Origin: Acidobacteriota bacterium
Lineage (GTDB): Bacteria; Acidobacteriota; Terriglobia; Terriglobales; Acidobacteriaceae
Direction of reading: 5' to 3'
DNA: 64,000 nucleotides
Assembly (NCBI GenBank): GCA_021846275.1
Contig: JAJZBZ010000004.1
Location: forward strand, 230,413 to 294,412
Shown here: piece after piece, positions 9,600-19,234 of the stretch
Position numbering within the stretch: position 1 is the stretch's first letter
How the letters are laid out: each line of letters begins with the position of its first letter
Translations under genes and position numbers: made by a program
Notes under the pieces: model-generated
Database searches by the model: none
Seen by the model: only the letters and a program-made list of their open reading frames with translations
What the model was told of the DNA's origin: nothing

Positions 9600-10988
9600 G
9601 TGAGTGAACGCGCGATCCTCGTCGGTCTGGAGATCGCCACGCGCTCCGGCTCGCAGCTTGCAGCGGCGCAGCATGCGCGCGCTGCCGCCGAGTTGCTCGT
9701 CTCCAGCCAGGCTGTCTCTGCCGCATCGGTGCCGGACCGCCGCACTGACGCATCTTCGGCTGAGGACTCGCTGGCCGAGTTTCGCGAGCTGGTGCTGAGC
9801 GCCGGAGCCGAGATCGTCGCCGAGGTTGTCCAGCGTCGCCAGCGCCTGGATGCGGCCACGCTGATCGGCGCGGGAAAAGTGGAAGAGATTCGCGGCATGG
9901 TCACGCTCCACGCGGTCGATCTCGTCCTCTTTGACCACGAGCTGTCGCCGACGCAGTTTCGCAATCTCGAAGACCGGCTTCAGTGTCGCGTGCTGGACCG
10001 CACGCAGCTCATTCTGGATATTTTCGCCAGCCGCGCCCGCACCCGCGAAGGCCAGCTTCAGGTCGAGTGCGCGCAGCTTGAGTACCTGCTGCCGCGCCTG
10101 GCCGGTCGAGGTCGCGCCATGTCTCAACTCGGCGGCGGCATCGGCACCCGCGGACCCGGCGAAACACAGCTCGAAATGGATCGCCGCAGGATTCAGCGTC
10201 GCCTCGTCCACCTGCGCCAGCAACTGGACGAGGTGCGCCGCGTCCGTCGCCAGCAGCGTCAGCGCCGCGAGGCCGTTCCCGTGCCCACGGTCGCGCTCGT
10301 CGGCTACACCAACGCGGGCAAGAGCACGCTCTTCAACCGCCTCACCGGCGCCCGGGTGCTGGCCTCGTCGCGCCTCTTTGCCACGCTCGATCCCAAGCTC
10401 CGCGCCGTTGAGCTTCCCAGCCGCCGCCGCGTGCTGCTGTCCGATACGGTCGGCTTCATTCGTAATCTGCCGCACATGCTCGTCACCAGTTTTCGTGCGA
10501 CGCTCGAAGAGGTCGAGCGCGCCGAGATTCTGCTCCATGTGCGCGACGCTTCGTCGCCGGATTTTCACGCGCAGAAGGAGCAGGTCGAGCGCGTTCTGGC
10601 TGAACTCGACGCGCAGCAGATTCCGCGCATCGAGGTGCTGAACAAAGCCGATTTGCTGGATGCGGACCAGCTTGCCGACGGACTGCCCACTGGCGCGGTC
10701 GCCGTCTCCGCGCTCACCGGCTTCGGCCTCGACGCGCTGCTTGCCGCCATCGACCAGGCGCTCACCAGCGATCCCATGCGCGAGGTCGAGCTGGAGATTC
10801 CGCAGGCCGACGGTGCCACGCTGGCTGCGCTTGAGGCCGGAGCCGTCATTGTCAGCCGCGATTACGCAGCCGACCGCGTGCATCTCCGCGTGCGCGCACC
10901 GGCCTCACTGCTGGGCATGCTGGAGAAATCCCGTCATGCAAAAGAGCCGGACGCGGCAACCGACACCGATGCAGGCAAAGAGCCATAG
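9600..10988 (+). CDS. hflX: GTPase HflX
   Basis: [47 protein letters not shown] and LNKADL are the HflX N-domain and G1-G4 motifs. GTG 9600 (GGAG 7 nt upstream, [10 protein letters not shown]) is preferred over the track's TTG 9510. Confidence 0.9.
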   Translation: MSERAILVGLEIATRSGSQLAAAQHARAAAELLVSSQAVSAASVPDRRTDASSAEDSLAEFRELVLSAGAEIVAEVVQRRQRLDAATLIGAGKVEEIRGMVTLHAVDLVLFDHELSPTQFRNLEDRLQCRVLDRTQLILDIFASRARTREGQLQVECAQLEYLLPRLAGRGRAMSQLGGGIGTRGPGETQLEMDRRRIQRRLVHLRQQLDEVRRVRRQQRQRREAVPVPTVALVGYTNAGKSTLFNRLTGARVLASSRLFATLDPKLRAVELPSRRRVLLSDTVGFIRNLPHMLVTSFRATLEEVERAEILLHVRDASSPDFHAQKEQVERVLAELDAQQIPRIEVLNKADLLDADQLADGLPTGAVAVSALTGFGLDALLAAIDQALTSDPMREVELEIPQADGATLAALEAGAVIVSRDYAADRVHLRVRAPASLLGMLEKSRHAKEPDAATDTDAGKEP

Positions 10989-11216
10989 CCAAGCAAAAAA
11001 CAGGGCTGAAAACGAAGGTGGGCCGCGGAAAATGGGAGTGGAGGTGCTTTCCCGAATTTCCGCAGCCCGCTGGACCCAGAGTCGGGTCTAGGTGATACTC
11101 TAAGCATAAGCCGATTTCAAGGAAACGCAACAGAAATCCGCCGAGTTGCCCAGAAATGTTGCACGGCTTCTGGTGCTCGCGGACACTCTGCCTGCGCTCC
11201 CAGGGGTTTTCGCGCG

Positions 11217-11245
11217 TTGACAGGGCTGTCTGGGCTTGTTACAAC
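11217..11245 (+). promoter_or_regulatory. Candidate sigma70-type promoter of the ATP synthase operon
   Basis: TTGACA (11217-11222), a 17-nt spacer, then TACAAC (11240-11245), about 50 nt upstream of the first atp gene. Sequence match only. Confidence 0.3.
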
Positions 11246-11294
11246 AGAGCGTTCCCGGATGGATCGAGCTTGAATCGGAAGGTCGTCATTTTTC

Positions 11295-11768
11295 ATGCAG
11301 GAAATCATCCTCCAGGTCGGTGCGCTTCTGCTCGGTTCGGTGCCGACTCTTCTGCTGTTCATCGCTCTTGTCGTCGCTTATCAGCTTCTGGTTCACGCGC
11401 CGCTCAGCCGCACGCTGGCCGCTCGTCGCGCACGCACGCTCGGTGCCGTCGAGGACGCGCAGCGGGCCATCGCCGAGGCTGAGGCGCGCGCCGCTGAATA
11501 TGCCGAGCAGCTTCGCCTGGCGCGTGCTGAAATCTTCCGCGCCCGCGAGCAGAAGCTCCAGCAGTGGGCCGCTGACCGCGAGGCCGCGCTCGCTCAGGCT
11601 CGCGAACAGTCCGCTCGCCGCGTTGCCCAGTCCCGCGAATCGCTTGCTGCCGAGGTTGCTGTCGCGCGACAGACGCTGCTGGCCAGCGCCGACGAACTGG
11701 CGATGCAGGTCGTTCGCGCGCTGCTGCCAGACTCCCGCGGCCCCGTTGCCGCAGGAGGCGCTCGCTGA
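11295..11768 (+). CDS. F0F1 ATP synthase subunit b' (b-type stalk subunit)
   Basis: One N-terminal membrane helix (LLLGSVPTLLLFIALVVAYQLLV) followed by a long Ala/Arg/Glu-rich coiled coil. First gene of the atp cluster. Its stop overlaps the next start (TGATG). Confidence 0.8.
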   Translation: MQEIILQVGALLLGSVPTLLLFIALVVAYQLLVHAPLSRTLAARRARTLGAVEDAQRAIAEAEARAAEYAEQLRLARAEIFRAREQKLQQWAADREAALAQAREQSARRVAQSRESLAAEVAVARQTLLASADELAMQVVRALLPDSRGPVAAGGAR

Positions 11769-12538
11769 TGACCACCCGCTCGCTTGCCCGCTTCCAAACT
11801 CTCGCGCTCGCGCCTCTGCTGTTCGCCGTCGCTCTGCTCGCCAGCACGGCAAACTTTGTCGCGCGCGCCCAGCAGCCGGAACCTGCACAGCAGGCCGCGC
11901 CGACAACCAGCGTCGCGCAGCCAGAACACTCCGCCGCAGCCGCCGAAGACCCCAACGATGTCTATCGCCACTCGGCCACCGTCCGCTGGATTGCTCACTC
12001 CTTTCACACCAGCACGGAGAGCGCCGCGCGCACCTTTGAGGCGATCAACTTCCTCATCCTCGCGCTGGCCATCCTGATTCCTCTCTCACGCATTCTGCCC
12101 GGCGTTCTGCGACGCCGTTCGCTTGCTCTGCGCGAGCAGTTTGACTCCACGCGCAAGGCCACGGAAGAGGCCAACGCCCAGCTTGCCGCGCTCAGGGCGC
12201 AACTTGGCGACCTCGGCAGCGAGATTGAAGCCATCCGCCGCCAGGTGGCCGCCGAGATGGACTCCGACGAAGCCCGCCATCGCAGCGCCGTTCAGGAAGA
12301 GACCGCGCGCATCCTCGCCTCAGCCGGGCAGGAGATCGACAACGCCGCCGCCGAGGCTCAGCGCGAACTGCGCAGTTTCGCCGCCAATCTCGCCCTCGAC
12401 AAAGCCCTCGCCGGACTCACCGTCACCGCCGAGCAGGACCACGCTCTGATTGATGATTTTGTTCGCGCCGATTTTGCCCGAACAGACTTCGCGCGCGCAG
12501 CCAAAACAGAAACCGCCGGAAACGGAGGCAAGCACTGA
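11768..12538 (+). CDS. atpF: F0F1 ATP synthase subunit b with extended N-terminus
   Basis: Membrane helix INFLILALAILIPLSRIL, then a coiled coil (REQFDSTRKATEEANAQLAALRAQL...). Positioned directly before atpH with a TGATG overlap at both ends. Confidence 0.8.
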   Translation: MTTRSLARFQTLALAPLLFAVALLASTANFVARAQQPEPAQQAAPTTSVAQPEHSAAAAEDPNDVYRHSATVRWIAHSFHTSTESAARTFEAINFLILALAILIPLSRILPGVLRRRSLALREQFDSTRKATEEANAQLAALRAQLGDLGSEIEAIRRQVAAEMDSDEARHRSAVQEETARILASAGQEIDNAAAEAQRELRSFAANLALDKALAGLTVTAEQDHALIDDFVRADFARTDFARAAKTETAGNGGKH

Positions 12539-13077
12539 TGTCCCTCTTTGCCGCCCGTTACGCGCGGGCCTTTGCCGATGTTCTGGTCTCCGCCGGCGTC
12601 GCCGACGATCTGGTCGAGCGCCAGATCGGCAGCCTGATGGCCGCCTGGAACGCCAGCCCGGAGCTGCGCGAGGCAATGGCCGATCCATCGATTCCCTCCG
12701 AGCAGAAGCTGGCCGTGCTGGATCGCCTGAGCGCTTCGCTCGAACTGCTGCCCGCCATGCGCAACCTGCTCGCCGTGCTCATCGACCACGGCCGCATCGC
12801 CGCGCTGGACGAGGTCATCGCAGCCTTTCGCTCCTGGTGGCAGGCGCGTCAGGGCGTGGCCGAGGCGGAGATTCTCACCGCGCGCGAGCTTGTCGCGGCG
12901 GACCAGTCGCGGCTGGTTGAAAAAGTGGCCACACTTGTCGGCGCTCGCATCCGCGCAAATTTTCGCACCGACCCCTCGATTCTGGGCGGCGTCATCGTGC
13001 GCGTCGGCTCGGCAGTCTATGACGGCTCCGTGCGTGGCCGCGTCCATCGTTTGAAAGAGGCTCTCAGCGCGCAGTAG
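12538..13077 (+). CDS. atpH: F0F1 ATP synthase subunit delta (OSCP)
   Basis: MSLFAARYARAFADVLV... and C-terminal ILGGVIVRVGSAVYDGSVRGRVHRLKEAL are the typical delta/OSCP signature. Operon position is between b and alpha. Confidence 0.9.
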   Translation: MSLFAARYARAFADVLVSAGVADDLVERQIGSLMAAWNASPELREAMADPSIPSEQKLAVLDRLSASLELLPAMRNLLAVLIDHGRIAALDEVIAAFRSWWQARQGVAEAEILTARELVAADQSRLVEKVATLVGARIRANFRTDPSILGGVIVRVGSAVYDGSVRGRVHRLKEALSAQ

Positions 13078-13157
13078 CCGCGCAACGACAGCCCGAAACC
13101 CAGCAGTGAATCGCCCCGGAAGACTGGGGCGGGCAAACAAAGAACAGGAAGAGCAGC

Positions 13158-14684
13158 ATGGTGCCCATACAGGCAGACGAAATCTCGAAGATTCTCCGCG
13201 AACAGATCGCCAACTACGACGCGAAGATGCGCGTCGATGAGGTCGGCTCGATCCTCTCCCTCGGCGACGGCATCGCCCGCATTCACGGGCTGGACAAGGT
13301 GATGGCCGGCGAGCTGCTCGCCTTCCCTCACGACGTGGCCGGCCTCGCCATGAACCTCGAAGAGGATCAGGTCGGCGCTGTGCTGCTCGGCGAATACACC
13401 GAGCTTTCCGAGGGCGACACCGTTCGCCGCACCGGCAAAATTCTCAGCGTTCCCGTCGGCGAGGCCATGATCGGCCGCGTCGTCAACGCGCTCGGCGCGC
13501 CCATTGACGGCAAGGGACCGATCGCCGCCTCTGGCACGCTGCCCATGGAGCGGCTCGCTCCCGGCATCATCGACCGCCAGCCCGTGCGCGAGCCAATGGC
13601 CACCGGCATCAAGGCCATCGACTCCATGATTCCCATCGGTCGTGGCCAGCGCGAACTCATCATCGGCGACCGCCAGACCGGCAAAACCGCCGTCGCCATC
13701 GACACCATCATCAACAGCGCGAAGAACAACCTGATCTGCATCTACTGCGCCATCGGCCAGAAGCGATCCTCCATCGCTCAGGTCGTGCAGACGCTCACCG
13801 AAGCCGGTGCGATGGGCCACACCATCATCGTCGCCGCTTCCGCCTCCGAGCCTGCGCCGATGCTCTATCTCGCGCCCTACGCCGCCACCGCCATGGGCGA
13901 ATACTTCCGCGATTCCGGTCGCCACGCGCTGGTCATCTACGACGATCTCTCCAAGCACGCCATGGCCTACCGCGAGATTTCGCTGCTCCTGCGCCGTCCG
14001 CCGGGCCGCGAAGCCTATCCCGGCGATGTCTTCTATCTCCACTCGCGCCTGCTCGAGCGATCGTCGAAGTTGAGCGACAAAAACGGTGGCGGCTCGCTCA
14101 CCGCGCTGCCCATCGTCGAGACTCAGGCCGGCGACGTTTCGGCCTACATTCCGACCAACGTCATCTCCATCACCGACGGCCAGATCTTCCTCGAAACCGA
14201 CCTCTTCAACTCCGGCATCCGTCCGGCGGTCAACGTCGGCCTCTCGGTCAGCCGCGTCGGCTTCTCGGCGGCCATCAAGGCCACCAAGCAGGTCGGTTCC
14301 ACGCTCAAGCTCGACCTCGCGCAGTATCGCGAACTGGCCGCATTCGCGCAGTTCGGCTCTGACCTTGACCCACTCACGCAGAAGCAGCTCAGCCGCGGCC
14401 AGCGCCTCACCGAACTGCTCAAGCAGCCGCAGTTCCAGCCGCTCACCTGGCAGCAGCAGGTCATCGTGCTCTTCTCTGGAACCCAGGGCTATCTCGATCC
14501 GCTCGCCGTCGATGAGGTTCGCGCCTTCGAGGATGGTCTGCTGCGTTACCTCGATTCGGCGCAGTCCGCGCTGCTCGCCGACCTCGGCGGCAAAAAACAG
14601 CTCGACGACGAAATCAAGGCTCGCCTCCACGCCGCGCTCAAGGAGTATTCGGCCAACTATCAGGCGAGCAAGGCCGCGAAGTAA
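13158..14684 (+). CDS. atpA: F0F1 ATP synthase subunit alpha
   Basis: GDRQTGKTA (P-loop), [45 protein letters not shown] and [31 protein letters not shown] are near-invariant alpha-subunit blocks. Confidence 0.97.
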   Translation: MVPIQADEISKILREQIANYDAKMRVDEVGSILSLGDGIARIHGLDKVMAGELLAFPHDVAGLAMNLEEDQVGAVLLGEYTELSEGDTVRRTGKILSVPVGEAMIGRVVNALGAPIDGKGPIAASGTLPMERLAPGIIDRQPVREPMATGIKAIDSMIPIGRGQRELIIGDRQTGKTAVAIDTIINSAKNNLICIYCAIGQKRSSIAQVVQTLTEAGAMGHTIIVAASASEPAPMLYLAPYAATAMGEYFRDSGRHALVIYDDLSKHAMAYREISLLLRRPPGREAYPGDVFYLHSRLLERSSKLSDKNGGGSLTALPIVETQAGDVSAYIPTNVISITDGQIFLETDLFNSGIRPAVNVGLSVSRVGFSAAIKATKQVGSTLKLDLAQYRELAAFAQFGSDLDPLTQKQLSRGQRLTELLKQPQFQPLTWQQQVIVLFSGTQGYLDPLAVDEVRAFEDGLLRYLDSAQSALLADLGGKKQLDDEIKARLHAALKEYSANYQASKAAK

Positions 14685-14692
14685 CGAAAGAA

Positions 14693-14830
14693 GGGGTCAG
14701 TCGTCAGGGATCAGTCGTCAGCGAAAGCAAAAACCAGACTCGAACCACTGACCACTGACGACGAACAACGGACGGCTGACTTACTGACCCCTGACGACTG
14801 ACCACTGACGACTGGCTTACTGACGACTGG
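14693..14830. repeat. Inverted arrays of a 7-nt unit (4 x NNNTCAG, then ~12 x NNNCTGA-type units)
   Basis: gggtcag tcgtcag ggatcag tcgtcag (14694-14721), then ccactga ccactga ... cccctga cgactga ccactga cgactgg cttactga cgactgg (14745-14830). 14695-14709 is the exact reverse complement of 14789-14803. Confidence 0.9.
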
Positions 14831-14836
14831 AAGAAA

Positions 14837-15916
14837 ATGGCAAACGTACTGGATCTCCGACGACGCATTCGCAGCGTGAAAAGCACGCGCCAGATCACGC
14901 GCGCGATGAAGATGGTCTCGGCGGCCAAGCTGCGCCGCGCACAGGAGCGGGCCTTGGCCGCGCGGCCTTACGCCGAGCGCATCGCCAGCGTGCTGGCCTC
15001 GCTCAAGCGCCGCATCGAGGTGCTCGATCCGGAGACCGGCAACCTTCGCCATCCGCTCTTCGCCGTGCGCCCGGAAAAGCGCATTCTGCTCGTCGTCGTC
15101 AGCGGCGACAAGGGCTTCGCCGGAGCCTTCAACACCAACATTCTCAAGGCCAGCTACCATTTCCTCTCGCTCTGTGACGACAGGGAAGTGGACATCGAAC
15201 CCATCGGCCGCAAGGCCCGCGACCCCATGCGCCGCCGCTATCCGCTGGCTGCGCACGAGGAAGTGCAGACCGAAAATCCAGCCGACGGCGAGCCGCTCAC
15301 GCGCCGCGTCCGTAACCGGAAGTCCCGCGTCGAGGTCGTCGGCGACCATCCCGGCATGCTCGAAAAGCTTACCCACGCGGCCACGCGCGAGCTTGCCTCG
15401 GAGATCATCCGCCGCTACACGCACGAAGAGATCGACGCCTGCTACCTCGTCTACAACGAGTTCAAATCCGTCATCCAGCAGCGCGTCGTCACCGAGCGCT
15501 TGCTGCCGCTCATCGAACCGGGCAAAGCCGTCATCGTCGGTGCCATTGAGCCGACCGAAGAGGAGCGCCAGCACGCGGCCACTGTCGCTGCCGCAGCCGG
15601 CATCTCGCCCTTTGGCGAAGAGACGCGCGACACGGAAGCCGAGCAGTTCGGCACCGCCGAAGTGGACTACATCTACGAGCAGCCCGCGCCCGAACTGCTC
15701 GACGGCCTGCTCCCGTCCTACGTCGCCGCCATGCTCTTTCACGCCATGGCGGAGTCCGTCGCCGCCGAGCACGCCGCGCGCATGACCGCCATGGACGCGG
15801 CCACCAACAACGCATCCGACATGATCGACTCGCTCACGCTCCACATGAACCGCGTGCGCCAGGCGGCCATCACCAAGGAAATCATCGAAATCGTCAGCGG
15901 CGCTGCGGCGCTCTGA
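14837..15916 (+). CDS. atpG: F0F1 ATP synthase subunit gamma (long form, 359 aa)
   Basis: MANVLDLRRRIRSVKSTRQITRAMKMVSAAKLRRAQ at the N-terminus and AAEHAARMTAMDAATNNASDMIDSLTLHMNRVRQAAITKEIIEIVSGAAAL at the C-terminus are canonical gamma helices. Confidence 0.95.
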   Translation: MANVLDLRRRIRSVKSTRQITRAMKMVSAAKLRRAQERALAARPYAERIASVLASLKRRIEVLDPETGNLRHPLFAVRPEKRILLVVVSGDKGFAGAFNTNILKASYHFLSLCDDREVDIEPIGRKARDPMRRRYPLAAHEEVQTENPADGEPLTRRVRNRKSRVEVVGDHPGMLEKLTHAATRELASEIIRRYTHEEIDACYLVYNEFKSVIQQRVVTERLLPLIEPGKAVIVGAIEPTEEERQHAATVAAAAGISPFGEETRDTEAEQFGTAEVDYIYEQPAPELLDGLLPSYVAAMLFHAMAESVAAEHAARMTAMDAATNNASDMIDSLTLHMNRVRQAAITKEIIEIVSGAAAL

Positions 15917-17437
<1,521 letters not shown>

Positions 17438-17448
17438 GGGGCAGGGAA

Positions 17449-17868
17449 ATGGCAAGCGAGAATCAACTCCACGTCACGCTGGTGACTCCGGAACGCATCC
17501 TGCTCGACACCCTCGCTGCGTCGGTCGATCTGCCCTCGCGCACCGGACGCATCGAGGTGCTGCCCGGCCACGCGCCGCTGCTGGCCGAGCTTGGCGCCGG
17601 TGATGTCACGCTCCACGGCGCTGGCTCCGGCGCGGAGACCTCGCGCTGGAACGTCAGTTGGGGCTTCGTCGAGGTGCTGCCCGACCGCGTCACCATCCTC
17701 GCCAACGACGCCGTCGCTCCGTCGGCCATCAACGTCGCCGCCGCCCGTGAACAGATTGAGCGTGCCCACGCCCAGTGGAACGCAGCCGGTGACGATGCCG
17801 AAGCCTACGAGGCCGCCAACCGCCTGCTGGACGAGGCCCAGGCCCGGCTGGCCAGCGCCGAAGGCTGA
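17449..17868 (+). CDS. atpC: F0F1 ATP synthase subunit epsilon
   Basis: LHVTLVTPERILLD...VDLPSRTGRIEVLPGHAPLLAELGAGDVTL...GFVEVLPDRVTILAN plus a C-terminal helical hairpin. Last gene of the operon. Confidence 0.9.
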   Translation: MASENQLHVTLVTPERILLDTLAASVDLPSRTGRIEVLPGHAPLLAELGAGDVTLHGAGSGAETSRWNVSWGFVEVLPDRVTILANDAVAPSAINVAAAREQIERAHAQWNAAGDDAEAYEAANRLLDEAQARLASAEG

Positions 17869-18015
17869 AGCCAGCGCCGAAGGCTCGATTGCTCCGGCTC
17901 CAAACTGCGGCGCAACCAAAACCAGCGGGGAGTTACTGAAAAGATAACTCCAGTGGCCGCCACCTGCGCTGAACCATCCCGCACACGGTCGGTTTCTCCT
18001 TACAATCAGGATCAG

Positions 18016-18327
18016 ATGGCCGCGCGGTCCAAGTCGCCGATGCTCGAAGCAGCCTGCCCCGACTGCGGAGCCGTGCTGCGCATCGACGCCGAAACCGGCG
18101 TCGTCGTCAGCCACACGCCCGCTCCGCGCAAGCGAACCTTCGAGGACCTGGAGACAGCCGCCCGCGCCATGCGTGAGCAGGATGACCGCAAGGAATCCAT
18201 CTTCCGCCAGTCCATCGAGGCGGAGAAAAACAAGGAAGACCTGTTTGAGAAACGGTTTGCCGAGGCCCTGCGCAAGGCCAAGGACGCGCCCGCCGGCAAG
18301 CCCCTGCGCGATTTCGATCTCGACTGA
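18016..18327 (+). CDS. Hypothetical small protein (CxxC N-terminus, charged helical C-terminus)
   Basis: ATG 18016 (AGGA upstream) inside ORF 17953..18327: MAARSKSPMLEAACPDCGAVLRIDAETGVVVSH... then a Lys/Glu-rich tail. I recognise no family. Confidence 0.5.
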   Translation: MAARSKSPMLEAACPDCGAVLRIDAETGVVVSHTPAPRKRTFEDLETAARAMREQDDRKESIFRQSIEAEKNKEDLFEKRFAEALRKAKDAPAGKPLRDFDLD

Positions 18328-18350
18328 GCCGCGCCAGGAGAAATACGATC

Positions 18351-18851
18351 ATGGTTCCAGTGCCCATTCCGGAAAGTTACACCGTGCCGCAGAGCTACCA
18401 GCCGCGCCACCCGGATGCCATGCGCCCTGACTCCATGCGCACTGCCGCCGATCCGCGTCCTGATCCGGCCTCACGCTACGACGCCGCGCATTGGCACACG
18501 GATGCGGCTCCGTCGCCCAACTCCACCCGCTCGACCCAGACCGGACCCATCCCCGTCGCGCCGCCGCCTCAGTCGGCCTCAGCGCCCGCCGCCGCTCACC
18601 CCACCCCGGACTGGAACCACTACCTCGCCGCCGGAGCGTTTCTCGCCGCCGGAGCGCTGCTGGCCACCGGCCATCGTCGCCTCGGCATCGCTGCCGCCGC
18701 CGCCGGCGCAGCCACCATCCTGCTCGAAGACGCCGAGGCCGTCAGCGTCCTTTGCCAGCAGGCACCGACCTATCTGGCCGAGGCGCAGTCCCTCGTCAGC
18801 CAGGTACAGGAACTCCTGCGCGGCAGCTTCGCCGCCGCCGTTCGTCGGTAA
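18351..18851 (+). CDS. Hypothetical Pro-rich protein with a central Ala/Gly-rich hydrophobic segment
   Basis: AGGAG upstream of ATG 18351. A Pro-rich N-half, then NHYLAAGAFLAAGALLATGHRRLGIAAAAAGAATILL (one or two putative TM helices), then a helical tail. No recognised family. Confidence 0.45.
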   Translation: MVPVPIPESYTVPQSYQPRHPDAMRPDSMRTAADPRPDPASRYDAAHWHTDAAPSPNSTRSTQTGPIPVAPPPQSASAPAAAHPTPDWNHYLAAGAFLAAGALLATGHRRLGIAAAAAGAATILLEDAEAVSVLCQQAPTYLAEAQSLVSQVQELLRGSFAAAVRR

Positions 18852-19234
18852 CCGCCGAACCCCAACCGAAATCCCTCTCGGAAATCCTCACCGAACTCCA
18901 TCCCCGTCTGCGCGCCCATCTCGCTCCGCGTTGGAATCCGTCCGGCATCGCGAAAATGGGAAATCCGCCCGCCCGGCTTTCTCTTTTCAGAGATTTCATC
19001 CTCATTTCTTCTGTTTTTCATAGAAGCAGATTTCCAGGGCGCAACCGCCATTTCCATATCTAATTGATTTCATGGAATATTTATGAAAATTTGCTGAAAA
19101 CATACAATGGCCCGCAAATTGCTAAGTTGATGCTGTTCTGGGTTTGTTCCTCTGAATCTTGTTTTTAGAAAGATGCAGACCGAACCGCTGAAACCGAGAT
19201 GAGTATGGGTGTTCACATTTCCCAAGGAGAAAAC

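Noticed and set aside
9138-10883. A 581-aa minus-strand ORF opposite hfq and hflX. Similar cases are 13017..14630 opposite atpA, 21056..22702 opposite the TonB receptor, 24602..25999 opposite eno, and 49360..51435 opposite the M28/TerC genes.
   Set aside because: All are antisense to genes with invariant housekeeping motifs. Their composition is Arg/Gly/Ala-biased, and they lack SDs and domain signatures. They are high-GC artefacts.
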